A DNA stretch of 32,790 nt, from the NCBI GenBank assembly GCA_049999805.1, contig JBNGIO010005932.1:1-32790 (forward strand). Direction: 5' to 3'. The number at the start of each line of letters is the position of its first letter. The first letter of the stretch is position 1. The notes beneath the pieces were generated by a model. It saw only the letters and a list, made by a program, of their open reading frames with translations. It was not told the DNA's origin and did no database searches. Positions 1-19,154 of the stretch are shown in pieces. The stretch is from Folioceros fuciformis (lineage: Eukaryota). The position numbers and the translations under genes were made by a program.

Positions 1-584
1 CTTCCCGCCCTTGCCTCAATTGCCTGCTCCCCTTCCCTCCCTGCCTCTGCCTGTGTGCTCTACTCCCTGCCTGCCTGCCTGCTTGCGTGCGGCTGCTGTT
101 GCGGCGTTGCATTGTAGCCTCCGTGCGAGGCTAGATTTTGCGTCTGCTTCTAGATTGCTGCGCGCCAGGCTCGGGTGTGTGGAAGGGAGGGAGACAAGTG
201 CAGGGTGCTGTGAGAGGCGCACTGTTGCCATTGAGATGTCAATTCTACTGGCTCTCACTTGAGAGCGTGCTGTTTAGGGTTTGATCCATGTGATTGCATG
301 CTCCATGTCCCCAGCGGGTGCATCCTTCTCTCTCAGCTGCTTGAGCGGGGGAAGCGGGTGAGGCTGGGTTTAATTTTCTGGTGGCTCGCCGACTCACCGG
401 AGGATGGGACCGTTTGTGATGCTTGAGCGTGGGGAGTGTGCTAGTGTGTCAGTCCGTCTTTAACATACCAGCTTGTTACACTGTGCATCTAGCGATGATA
501 CTTCCTCTTTCAGGCCAGGGAGCAGGCGCTGGAGCGGGAGCCACAGCCGCAGCCGGAGCAGGAGCAGTCAAGGCCTGCGTGGGG

Positions 585-6578
<5,994 letters not shown>

Positions 6579-8458
6579 TTTGCCCGCAACGTGCATGTCT
6601 TGTGCAACAAGCATATGCACTGACTTAAGGCTTGGCTGTTCAGCTTAAAGCTAGCACAATTTAGCTGGTTTAGGGGCTGAAGTCGCATCCGATCTACTCT
6701 AATGTTTCATGTAGTTTTTGAGGCGACTCGGGATCGTTCCAGTGTGAGAGGAGGCGGCCCTGGTACTGTCAGGATATATTGTTTTGGTACATAATTCTAG
6801 TTGGTTAGTTTTCCTAACTGATGATAGGTCTCTGGAAGTATAAGAGCTGAAGACATGATTCTCTTATCCTTCCACGCTGAGAACTGTGGACCAACTCGGG
6901 AAAAGTCTTTATGAACATGAACTGATAAATCGCATTCTACAGTGGTTAAGAGGGCATATTGTACATCTATGGACACAAGTGAAGCCTTGGAAGAGACGCA
7001 CATTGCTCTCTTCTCATCCCTCTTTTCGAATCTTGGAATAACAGTGGATGGTTTGCTCTCTTCCCTGTTTCTGCCTTAAGCTTGGGAGGTCTTTTAACTT
7101 TAGTTTTAGTTCCAATGTCAGCGCTTCGTATTGGCTTATTCCTTTTCGTTCTTTCTCTTGGTGCATCTATGCACTGTAGAAATGTAAAGTAGATAGCTAA
7201 CCCTGCTGATGTTGAAAATGTTTTCCCTCAGAAAAGTGGAGAAGGAAGGATGAGGAACGGATAGCGTAGCTGAGTTACACGCTTTATAGATGCATCACAT
7301 GGAACGGAGGCCTGATTAAATCGTTTTTAAGCTAGTGACCTGATCCATTTCAGCTATGATGCTTGTTTATCCCCACCTGTACAGACAAACAAAATGTATC
7401 GTCATGTCGAATACAGCATTGTAATCAAACCAACCGGTGCCTGTATTTTTCACAGCTGCGCATCTCAATAACTGTAAGCTCTGAATGGTTAATTCTTTCA
7501 ATCGTACGCGAAGAGAACAAATTAAATGTGGAATAGGTGAAAAACACTTGCCAAAGAACGTACGGGAAACAATCACCACGTGCAGCAAGTTGAAACGAAG
7601 TAACGGTAAATAGCCCGTAAACAACGGGCTTTTTTCATAAAAAATTTGAGGGAAAGTGATTTGTCCCACTAGATTCTTTGAAATGAATTTTTCTTTGTTC
7701 TTGCTCCTTATAGATGACTTTTGGTGTAAATATATTTAACTTAAAATAAAAATAAAAATGTCTTATCATTAGTAATAGAAGCTCTTTCTAATCTAGTGTC
7801 ACAAGAAGCTTTCCCACAAGTCTTTCATTTGCACTTATGATAATTGGAACAAGGAGGTTTGAGTGAGGACACTCATAGTAAATAGTTGTATTCCTATCTT
7901 AGAAAAAGACTTGTCTAGGTACATCTCTCTCCAACTTCATGTCCTTGTTATCTTGATGAAGAGACATACCACATTGTGCATTCTCGTAGGCTAGACCAAC
8001 TAACACAAAACTCTTATTCAATATACTACAACATGCTACCTATCACCTTGTTCCCACATGGCACATTCGTTCTTCACATCAACAATATTGGTTACGAGGT
8101 GTCCACACTTTTAACCCCAGCACAACGAAGTAACTAATATCAAGCTTCTTGTTAGGGATACCAATTACACTTATTTCCAATGCCCAAATTTCACATGAAA
8201 AGTGCATCATTATTATTAGAGCCTGTTGCATTACATGATGCTTCACTCCATTGCTGCTTCATTTTAGCAAGCATTTTCTCTCCTTGAAGCTTTGTTGACC
8301 CTCTATAGCCACTGCTGGAGGTAGCACCTTTAATTCAGTATTGGACTTGCCTCCTCCACCACCTCATCTTAATCAAGCAATGGTCATAGTTGTATGGGAC
8401 GAGCGGTAAAAAGGTAGCCCCTTTGGCCATAGTGCAAAATGTAAGCCTTACAAACGAA

Positions 8459-8560
8459 GATAAGATGTAGTTTCAATTGTATGCCATGGCTGACTTAGCC
8501 CAGTTGTGTGATAAGATGTAGTTTCAATTGTATGCCATGGCTGACTTAGCCCAGTTGTGT
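8459..8560. repeat. Perfect tandem duplication, 2 x 51 bp
   Basis: GATAAGATGTAGTTTCAATTGTATGCCATGGCTGACTTAGCCCAGTTGTGT occurs at 8459-8509 and 8510-8560. Confidence 0.95.
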
Positions 8561-9175
8561 AATTTTCTTGTCCATGTGACAGTGGTCATAATATGATGTG
8601 GGAGTAGATTAATAATGTAGGGTCATATTAATGCAATGGTGGATGGATTGAGTAATCCTAGCAAATTAATGTATTCTTTCTTCATCGCAATTTTGTCATA
8701 ATAATGACAACAAGTCATTGTAGCAAAGTTTGGAGAGTGTACTTCATTTTCTACTCTAGTAGATGCTAAGCTTGCACCAAGGAAAAAGACAAGAGCATAT
8801 CCCGGCAGGTATCATAGTTTTCATCTTTTTTTTATATAGGTAAATGGTTGTGGAGGTTTCAATGATGTAAAAGTTTTATAGAATATTAATTTATGCCAAA
8901 AATCTTCTGCTTAGTAACATACTTAAATAAAATGATTTATTCTTATGGCCCAAACACTCAAGAGTGAAGGATAGTGAAGAGTGCTCTTTCTAAGTTTCAG
9001 CACAACTCATGTTCGCTAGTCTATGATTTGTCTTCAAGAGCTAAAGCATCACAAGCCAATAGCCTCCAAGCTAAAGCTAGAACTACATAACCAAAAATAT
9101 ACATTAAACTACTTTTGAAAAATCTCAATAAAATGTATAGAAAAAACATTGCTTCCACATTTGTAGCCTACTATG

Positions 9176-9524
9176 TGTAGGGTTATTAAAGCCCAATGTG
9201 CTTAGACTAATGTGATTAGTCTAATTAGACTAATGTGATTAGTCTAATTAAACTAGTGTGATAAGTCTAATTAGACTAATGTAATTAGTCTAAGATTAGT
9301 GTTGAATTAAGTATCATTAGCTTAAGCTAATCTTTAGGAAGCTTCCTGTGAGCTTCTTGTGAAGCTTCCTTGGGAGCTTTTCTAGAGGGTATAAATACCC
9401 TCTTGAGCTCCCTTTGCAATAGAGCTGTGAGAGACTCTATGAGACCTCTCTTTCTCCTCTCCTCTCCTCTCCTCCTCCCTTCTTCTCTCCTCTCCTTCAC
9501 CATGCTCCTCTAATGATCGTTTCA
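9176..9524 (+). mobile_element. Solo LTR (349 bp) of an LTR retrotransposon
   Basis: Begins TG (TGTAGGG) and ends CA (GTTTCA). It is flanked by an identical 5-bp TSD CTATG at 9171-9175 and 9525-9529. An internal TATAAATA at ~9390 is followed by a CT-rich tract. Confidence 0.85.
9202..9293. repeat. 4 x 23-bp tandem array of palindromic units (TTAGACTAAT-GTG-ATTAGTCTAA) inside the solo LTR
   Basis: Units start at 9202, 9225, 9248 (degenerate) and 9271. Each has 10-bp arms around a 3-nt centre. Confidence 0.9.
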
Positions 9525-10179
9525 CTATGTGCTATGTAACTTTTGCGTAACAATTGGAAAGTTAGATTTTATAGATAGATTTGTAGATGAACACAAGTTA
9601 CCACATTCTAAAAAGATTAGCCTAAAAAGTATCCAAGACGATGCTATGAAAGCATAAGTGATAGTACAACATACGACATTATACAAGCATTGGAGAAATG
9701 CTGGCAAGGCAACCTTGATTATTAGCATCGAATTGTTTTTAAATGTTTCAAATGATTCAATGAATTCAAATTTCCATCCACAAGAGGGAGTTAATAATAC
9801 CTGTGTTCAAAGTAGTTTTAGAGACTTATGTTCCATCTATATGGATGGTTGTGAAGGCGTCACAAGGTTTATTTATGAGGTGTTAAAGTACAAAGTCAAT
9901 ATTTAAAAACCAAAACACAAATTATGGGATATATCATAGCACTAAAAGTTTGAACAACCATGTCTTTGTATTCAGTTGTCCAAATTTGAAGATGCACACG
10001 TCATTTCAAATAGCTCTTTCTTTCACCAAGTCTTTGTTATATTTTTTCTTATCTTCAACGGTTGGTTTCATAATGAAAGAACACATAACTGCAATATAAA
10101 TGCTATCAACTACCTTATCTAATTTGGCTTTATTAGACACACCCTCCCCTATCTTGACCTTCATGATCATTATGTCCTT

Positions 10180-11260
10180 TAGCTTAATTAACTTAGTTGT
10201 GTAGGTTGATATTAAGAATGTTGTTAACACGGTCTCCATAGTTGCTATCTTCTCCGAGCTCAAGAGTGTCTTCTCCGAGCTCAAGAGTGTCTTCTCCGAG
10301 CTCAAGAGTGTAAGAGGCCAATTGGCTCCTCTTATCCCTTTTATTCACTCCTTTTACAGCTCGACATCCAAGCTCTACTACCAACACGGCCCAGCCATTA
10401 AGGAAGGCTCACTTTTTTATTCAGCAACAAGAACAAGGCAAGGAGATCTGCTAGTGGGTACTCTTTTTGCAATTAGGTATTTTCACACGTTGTCTTCTAC
10501 TTCCTTAGCATTTCGAGCATGCGTTTTTCTATCCGGGTCTGATGACACTCATATTTTCGAGCAAGCAGTCATAGTTAAAGTAGCCTTTGATTTCAGCTTA
10601 GTCGACTTAGTTGTACAGGTTGATATAAAGTATGCTTTCAACATCGTCTCTAGAGTCACCATCTTCTACAATCTCAAGAGTGCAAGAAGCCAATTGGCTT
10701 GTCTCATCCCCTTTATCCGCTCCTTTTATGGATCGCCATTTAAGCTTTAATACCAACATGACCCAGCCATTGAGGGGGGTCTTGCGTAGACTTAGGCTTT
10801 CTTATTTATTGCCTTTGGAGGGTTGGACTTTTGGCTATGGAAGCCTTTGCCTTAGCTACCTTTCTTAATAGTTGGGCCCCTCTGAGCTCTAATGTTGGCC
10901 TTTCGTTTTCTGCTCCAAGATTCTTCTTTTCTTGAAGATTCTATTTTAGCTGTTGACAAGGACGTTTTCCTTTTATAGGTATCTTTTAGGCAAACGAGGG
11001 ACTCTTTACCTTTAGAGGTTCGAGAGGCACACCTTCTTTTCTAGAGAAGGATTGAGCAATCTTCATGCTTCCTTTCTGAAAAAGGAGTGTGGCTAAACTC
11101 TAAGAGCTCTTCTTTTGGATTCATCCATCTCCAGGTCATCTCGAGCTTGTATTTGCTCTTGTTTAGATAAAGGAGCGAGATCTTGGCTTTTGGCTCAACC
11201 TTGTGCCCATGCGTTTTGAATTGTACCAAGAACTTTCGTTATCACGATGAGATTTCACAT
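10180..11260 (+). mobile_element. Degenerate non-LTR retrotransposon reverse-transcriptase remnant with internal duplication
   Basis: Decayed RT motifs VDIK(N/Y)AFN..SR, TRQGDLL..TLFA (cf. GxRQGDPLxxxLF) and SDDTHI (cf. YxDD), with stops and frameshifts. Boundaries are approximate. Confidence 0.65.
10248..10311. repeat. 3 x 21-bp tandem repeat (TCTTCTCCGAGCTCAAGAGTG)
   Basis: Directly visible. It explains the SSEKTLL / LELGEDT repeats in spurious minus-strand ORFs. Confidence 0.9.
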
Positions 11261-12025
11261 AGGTTTGGCCTACACCTTGGATTTTTTTTTCTCTACATAT
11301 AGTTGTGGTGCGCTATTGTTGACATAGGGTTCCATATGGCATGTTGTCCTATGGGGGTATTGCATTGCTACCCATTATGCAGTTTTGGGATGTCATGTTC
11401 TCAATGTTTAGGGAATTGTGGGTTAATTGTCCATATACTTTGCGCAATAGGGTTTCACTTAAAGCGACCTTTTTTTTACTAGGGGGAATAAGTTTGTGTC
11501 ATTGATGTGGTTGATAATATCTCACTAGGAATTCAAGTTGCATCAACCCCTGGATAGGTGACTAAGGATTGTGCAAGTGCGTAAGTCCATAAGTATTCTT
11601 CTTTGCAAGATGGACATTTTTCATCCACCTTGTGCTTCAAACCCACAAGGCCATGGGCAAGTTTCAAGTTCATCAAGGAGTGGGCAAAGGAGTGGGCAAA
11701 GGTGTATCATAATTTTAAGAATGAGGTTCTTTCTCTTCTCTATATCTCTATGATAACGTTCTTTGCAAAAGAGCATTGGTCAATGTAGTTTTTAGAAAAG
11801 CATCAAGCAAGAATTAAGCAACTCCTTCGCCATTGGTGGTAGGTAGGCCTTTTTTATTCACATCACTATATTTTGGGAGTGTTTGAAGGGGGGGGGGGGC
11901 AACTATCCCTTTTGACCACTACTTAGTTTGTTTTGCTATTTTTTAGGGTTTGCTTAAATTATTCCTGCTAGTTTTAGGGTTGGATACCACGTTGTTCTAG
12001 ATCGAAGTGATGTGATGCATAGTCT

Positions 12026-12205
12026 TAGAGTTAGGACTTCTAACTTGCAAAGTTCTGGAGCCAGGACTTGTAACCCGCAAAGGCAAAGTTCTAGAGCCAG
12101 GACTTGTAACCCGCAAAGGCAAAGTTCTGGAGCCAGGTCTTGTAACCCGCAAAGTTCTAGAGCTAGCACTTGTAACCGGTGACGTCCTAGAGCTAGCACT
12201 TTAAC
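12026..12205. repeat. Minisatellite of 30/36-bp units (~TAGAGCCAGGACTTGTAACCCGCAAA[GGCAAA]GTTC), ~6 copies
   Basis: Directly visible. Two units carry an extra GGCAAA hexamer. Confidence 0.85.
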
Positions 12206-12576
12206 CTGTTCTACTGACTACTGCCCGCAGAAAACGGCTTTCGAGCTGTTCTCCGCATTCAAGAAGTTTAGGGTAGTAGACAGTGTGCCTGGAACATCCC
12301 TCAGAGTTCGAGACGCAGTCGATTCCGAAACTACGGACTTTTCTTGATCAGACTGCTCAGGAAGAAAATGTTCAAGTATTACATAATACCAAAAGCATCT
12401 CAAAACCACCCTGCCCTCCTGAGAGCAAGTCATCATAAACGGAACGGTAGAATAAGCAGTCGTCTCCTCTCATGCAATTCCGGATAGAAAAATCAAACAA
12501 GTCACTTCCGCCCTTTTCGCTTGTGTCTACCATCTCTACACTTTTTTTTCCAAAATTGGCTGAACATAATCATCCA

Positions 12577-15400
<2,824 letters not shown>

Positions 15401-16324
15401 CGCTGATCCTCCCGAGCGCAAAAGCTAGCACTGAAAAACCGAGCCAACAGAGTAAGCCCCGATCCACCACTCGCGACGCAACGCACGTCCAATTGATAAT
15501 GCCCCTGACTTCCTCAACCAGCTCCACACTCCAAGTCCTAGTCCCATTCCCAGACTCCACACTTCCATCCTCCAAGACCAGATCAGGGCTGTACAGTTGC
15601 AGCCGCAGCTGCAGAACCGTGCCGGCTCTAACCTAATGCACTCCAATTGCCGCAACCACGCAGGCAACGCAGCCGGGGCCCAAGCACATCAGCAAGCAGA
15701 GCAGATCAAACCGACAGAGCTTATGAAATTGGCGCGCGAGGCAGAGCCCAGATGCATGCAGCAGGCATGCAATCAGCTGGATGCGAGCGAAGGCAGCGTA
15801 CCGTAGTCGAGCGGCCGGCGATCGAGACAGGCGATGAGGGGGAGCAGAGAGCGCACTCGAGAGCGTTCGCGAATGAGGGAGAGACCAGTTTTCTTGCCGA
15901 TAAAAAAGGGAGAGGAGTTGGCTTGGGAAGTACCGTCGTCCGGGAAGCAAGTTCCCGAGGACCGGCGTCCGGGGAGGCAAGTTCGCATTGGATGGCCGGA
16001 CGCAACCCGTGGGGTCGAACCGGCAGGCCAAGTGGATGTTACCGGCGGGAACCGAGGGCATGCCACCAGCAGTCACGACAGCAGCTCCAGGAGATTCTGG
16101 GCCCCAGCCAGCTGCCCGTTGCGAGATACAAGAAAATCCTTTTCTGATTTCGAGCGACACGAATAAAAAACAATTGAATGCCCTGCCTGCCAGAAATGCG
16201 TGCCTGCCTCTGATGATGACACGGTCACGAGCCCTGCCCTGACGCCCCGAGTGGGTGACCCGGGGCCCGCACCCTTCATCTTTACTCTCACAACATCTCC
16301 TTGCGAAGCTCGGAAGGTTCGCTC

Positions 16325-16516
16325 ATGGCGGACTTGTACAGGCACAAGCCTGCCGTCTCACGGATGGTGATGGAGCCCTCACCTCTCACCCTGTGCCATC
16401 GTGCCCGCCTCTTGCTCTCTTCACCGCCATCTCCTCGTACAGTGCACGAGAAGATGCCTCCTCCACGCATTGTGCGAAGGAGAGAAAAGGAGGAACTGGA
16501 CTCCTTCCTGCTCTGA
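16325..16516 (+). CDS. Candidate small ORF, 63 aa (MADLYRHKPAVSRMVMEP...RRREKEELDSFLL), unknown function
   Basis: ATG with +4 G (CTCATGG) after a pyrimidine-rich leader, and protein-like composition. No recognised homology. Confidence 0.3.
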   Translation: MADLYRHKPAVSRMVMEPSPLTLCHRARLLLSSPPSPRTVHEKMPPPRIVRRREKEELDSFLL

Positions 16517-16666
16517 AATGTGGCTGCCTCTACCTTCCTCCACTGGACGCTACTGTTGTGTGCTGTGACGGGGGAATAATGTTGTAGATAAAGACATGCC
16601 TTGTCTGAGTATGTACATCGGAGAAGAAGTGTGCAAAAAATCTCATCTGACAGACGGATAGCTAGG

Positions 16667-18064
16667 CTACAAGTACTGCTTGACGGCGTCCCTGAGGCTG
16701 GTCTTTTTCTTTGCTCTTGGCTGCACAGTGGGATCCGGAATTGCAGCGTTGCTTGCCGCATCCCTTGCAGAGGGAGGAGGAGCCGGAGCCGTAGCCTGGG
16801 TGGTGGTGGTGGTGCATTGCGTGGAGTCCACGCTTCGGTCTGGCCTGAATGCTGGCAGGAACATTCCCAGCATGTCATCAATCCCCGTCTCCGTCATCTC
16901 CCCTCTGGTAGTTGGGGTTCGGGCTTCGGGCAGCACTATTGCGGTAGGGTCGCTCACTTGCTCCACAGTAGCTGCTGGTACGGGGGTATATTCTGCTGCC
17001 GGAGGGCCCTGACTCAATATGCCTTGACTCAACATGCTTCGCCACTGGCTTGAGGAGAACATGGACGTCGATTTCTTCTTGTCTTTTAAGGGAGAGTCTG
17101 GCTTGGGTCGAACTTCCTCGCGGTCCAGCTCGTCGTCCTTCATACTCGTCTTGTTCTCGTCCAAGTGCTGCGTGTGAAAACAGTCAGCTATTTCCTTGTA
17201 AGGTATTCCATGAAACTTAACACGGGGAGGACATTGCTTGGAGATGTATGGTTCTGTCTTGTGAGCCGGTACCTGCTGAGCCAAATTGAATAAATCATCC
17301 GATGTTAAATGCAGCCCCTTCGATTTGGGCACTTCCTTCTCTAAGTGCTCGCTTTCTTCCTCTTGAATCAGCTTTCTCGGCTTCCCGCCCTTCTTGGTTT
17401 CTGGAGGTTGTGCTACAGTTTCTCCCTCAGCTTCATCATGGCCCCTCCGAACATTTTCCTCTTGTTGTTGGAGCCCGCTTGACCTGCTTCCTCTCTCAGG
17501 TTCTTCAACCACAGCAGCCTCTTTGGACACATTTCTCACTGCTTCTTTTCCAAAATATCTCAAAATACCACCAGGGCGTGCGTCATGAACCTCGTCCTCC
17601 TCGGCTTTGCCCTTTCTTCTCAACCTTCTTCCACTGTGCCGTGCAACATGCACCTCCTCGTCTTCCGGGTTCAAGTCCTCTTCTGGACTCTCCCTGCCTC
17701 TCCTGCGTTCCTTAGCTGCCGTGTCCCCTTGAGCATCCTCGTCGGAGACTGCTTCACCCACCTCGGCATCTTCCTCAATTTTTACACCTTTTCTGCCTCT
17801 TGGTCGTTGGGGTGCAGGTGGTGGCTTTCTAGCTGCTGTTCCCCGCTTCCGGCTTTTAGGGGATTTCTCCTTATCCTCTCCGGTACCTTCCTTCCGTTTG
17901 GGAGACTCTAGCATCCACGCTGGCAGAACCCTGTACTTGGCAGCAGTATGCAGAGCCTCGGCACTTAAAGCAACAGGAGGCTCCAAGTCGTTCACCTCCT
18001 CCTCTGCTGCAGGTTTGGCAGACAATGTCCCTGATTCCACAGTGGTGGCCTGCACTTTCTTCTG

Positions 18065-18106
<42 letters not shown>

Positions 18107-18675
18107 GGCTCGGCAAGTAGGGCCTCCTCCATCCTTTTCCAATTTCAATACCTGTCGTCATATTGTGCAAACACCTGCATCTGATTCAGGTAGTGCATTC
18201 ACAGAAATCACTGCCGTCAACAAGGAGCCAAAGACTAACACCAACAGTAACAACAAGGGCAGATGCTTACCTCCTCGACACGCTTCAACAAAAGTGCAAC
18301 GACGTGTTTACATAACGCTGCCTTCGTTGCTGCAGGGCAAGAGCACTGTGCAGATGGAGACGCAGACGAGTTCAAATTGATGGTGAAGCTCAGCTGGTAA
18401 TTGTCGCCTGGACTTGAGCCTGGAAAAGAAGGGGAGAAGCTTATCAGCCAAGGCAGAAACTCAGAGCAGCCAACTCATTCCAGCATATGCAATGAGCATC
18501 CCAAGCCTGAAGAGTAAAAGGGCGTACCCTCACACATCCCTTTCCCTTCTTCCAACGCCTCTCCTTCGAAGACAACGTTCTGCAGCTTGGCTGATGTCAG
18601 AATCTCTCTGGCTCGTTTGAAGGTGACATCCGGCACTAAAGCCTTCACCGATGCTACGGATCCAAACTTTGACAT
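16667..18675 (-). CDS. SWIM zinc-finger protein with long disordered region and Ku-binding-like motif, ~558 aa; exons 18675-18528, 18419-18271, 18151-17273, 17167-16667
   Basis: The spliced N-terminus reads MSKFGSVASVKALVPDVTFKRAREIL...GMCEGSSPGDNYQLSFTINL...AQCSCPAATKAALCKHVVALLL (CxC-x8-CxH, SWIM). Phases join into the 493-aa ORF. It contains KYRVLPAWML and ends KKKTSLRDAVKQYL. Confidence 0.85.
18066..18106. repeat. (GCAGAC)n hexanucleotide microsatellite encoding an Ala-Ser repeat
   Basis: About 6.5 copies, in frame within the SWIM gene (ASASASASASASAQ). Confidence 0.95.
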
Positions 18676-19154
18676 CCTTGCCCTACCCTTGGCAAGAGCC
18701 CCTGATTACCCCTGTCTCTCTTCACTGGAAGTCATCGAACTATACGACAACGATATAATCCTGTTGCGTCTAACTGCCTCCGGCTCCTGAACAACTTCTC
18801 AAGACACGAGCACAATACATGCAGTGTAGTCTAAAACGTTATCAGCACTTAAACTCCACAAATTTTCGTTGTCGTACCAGCTCTCGCGTTTGCTTGAAAG
18901 ACGACAAGCTGGTGATTACCTGAGAAGAGGCAGGTCCGCAGTGGCGCAGTGGCGCAGCCGGCTCCCGTCATAGTGTGACAACCGCAAGATCACAACTCAA
19001 CTCGAGATTCTCGATTTTTGTTACTCCAGTCAACTGATTGGATGACATTTATTTTGGGAAAGGGTTTCTAGGTGGTGAGCTCTGACCCCGTTGACGGACG
19101 TTGCAAGCGCAAACCGAATTGTGCCAAGCACTGTTGGGTCTGGAGTCATCGGAG

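Noticed and set aside
423-584. N-terminal extension of the 1402-aa ORF from a TTG start
   Set aside because: It crosses a probable 5'UTR intron acceptor (CTCTTTCAG at ~513). The first ATG after that acceptor is 585.
7612-7636. AGCCCGT-AAACA-ACGGGCT hairpin followed by a T-run (terminator-like or Helitron 3' end)
   Set aside because: The context is eukaryotic nuclear DNA. The nearest CTAG is ~40 nt away and is followed by A, which does not fit a Helitron end.
8030-8110. RING-like fragment LSPCSHMAH...RCP on +
   Set aside because: The ligand set is incomplete, and it sits in stop-rich, AT-rich decayed sequence.
9202-9293. Palindromic repeats resembling a CRISPR array
   Set aside because: There are no spacers and no cas genes, and the array lies inside a solo LTR.
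9590-10170. Possible DNA-transposase remnants (Harbinger/hAT-like)
   Set aside because: No catalytic motif, TIR or TSD could be identified with confidence.
11954-12199. Leu-rich repetitive ORFs here and at 31817-32131
   Set aside because: These are artefacts of minisatellites whose periods are multiples of 3.
15425-16242. Dense overlapping ORFs on both strands (up to 175 aa)
   Set aside because: This is the GC-rich GAPCp promoter and 5'UTR with a probable leader intron (~15800-15590). No recognisable domains.
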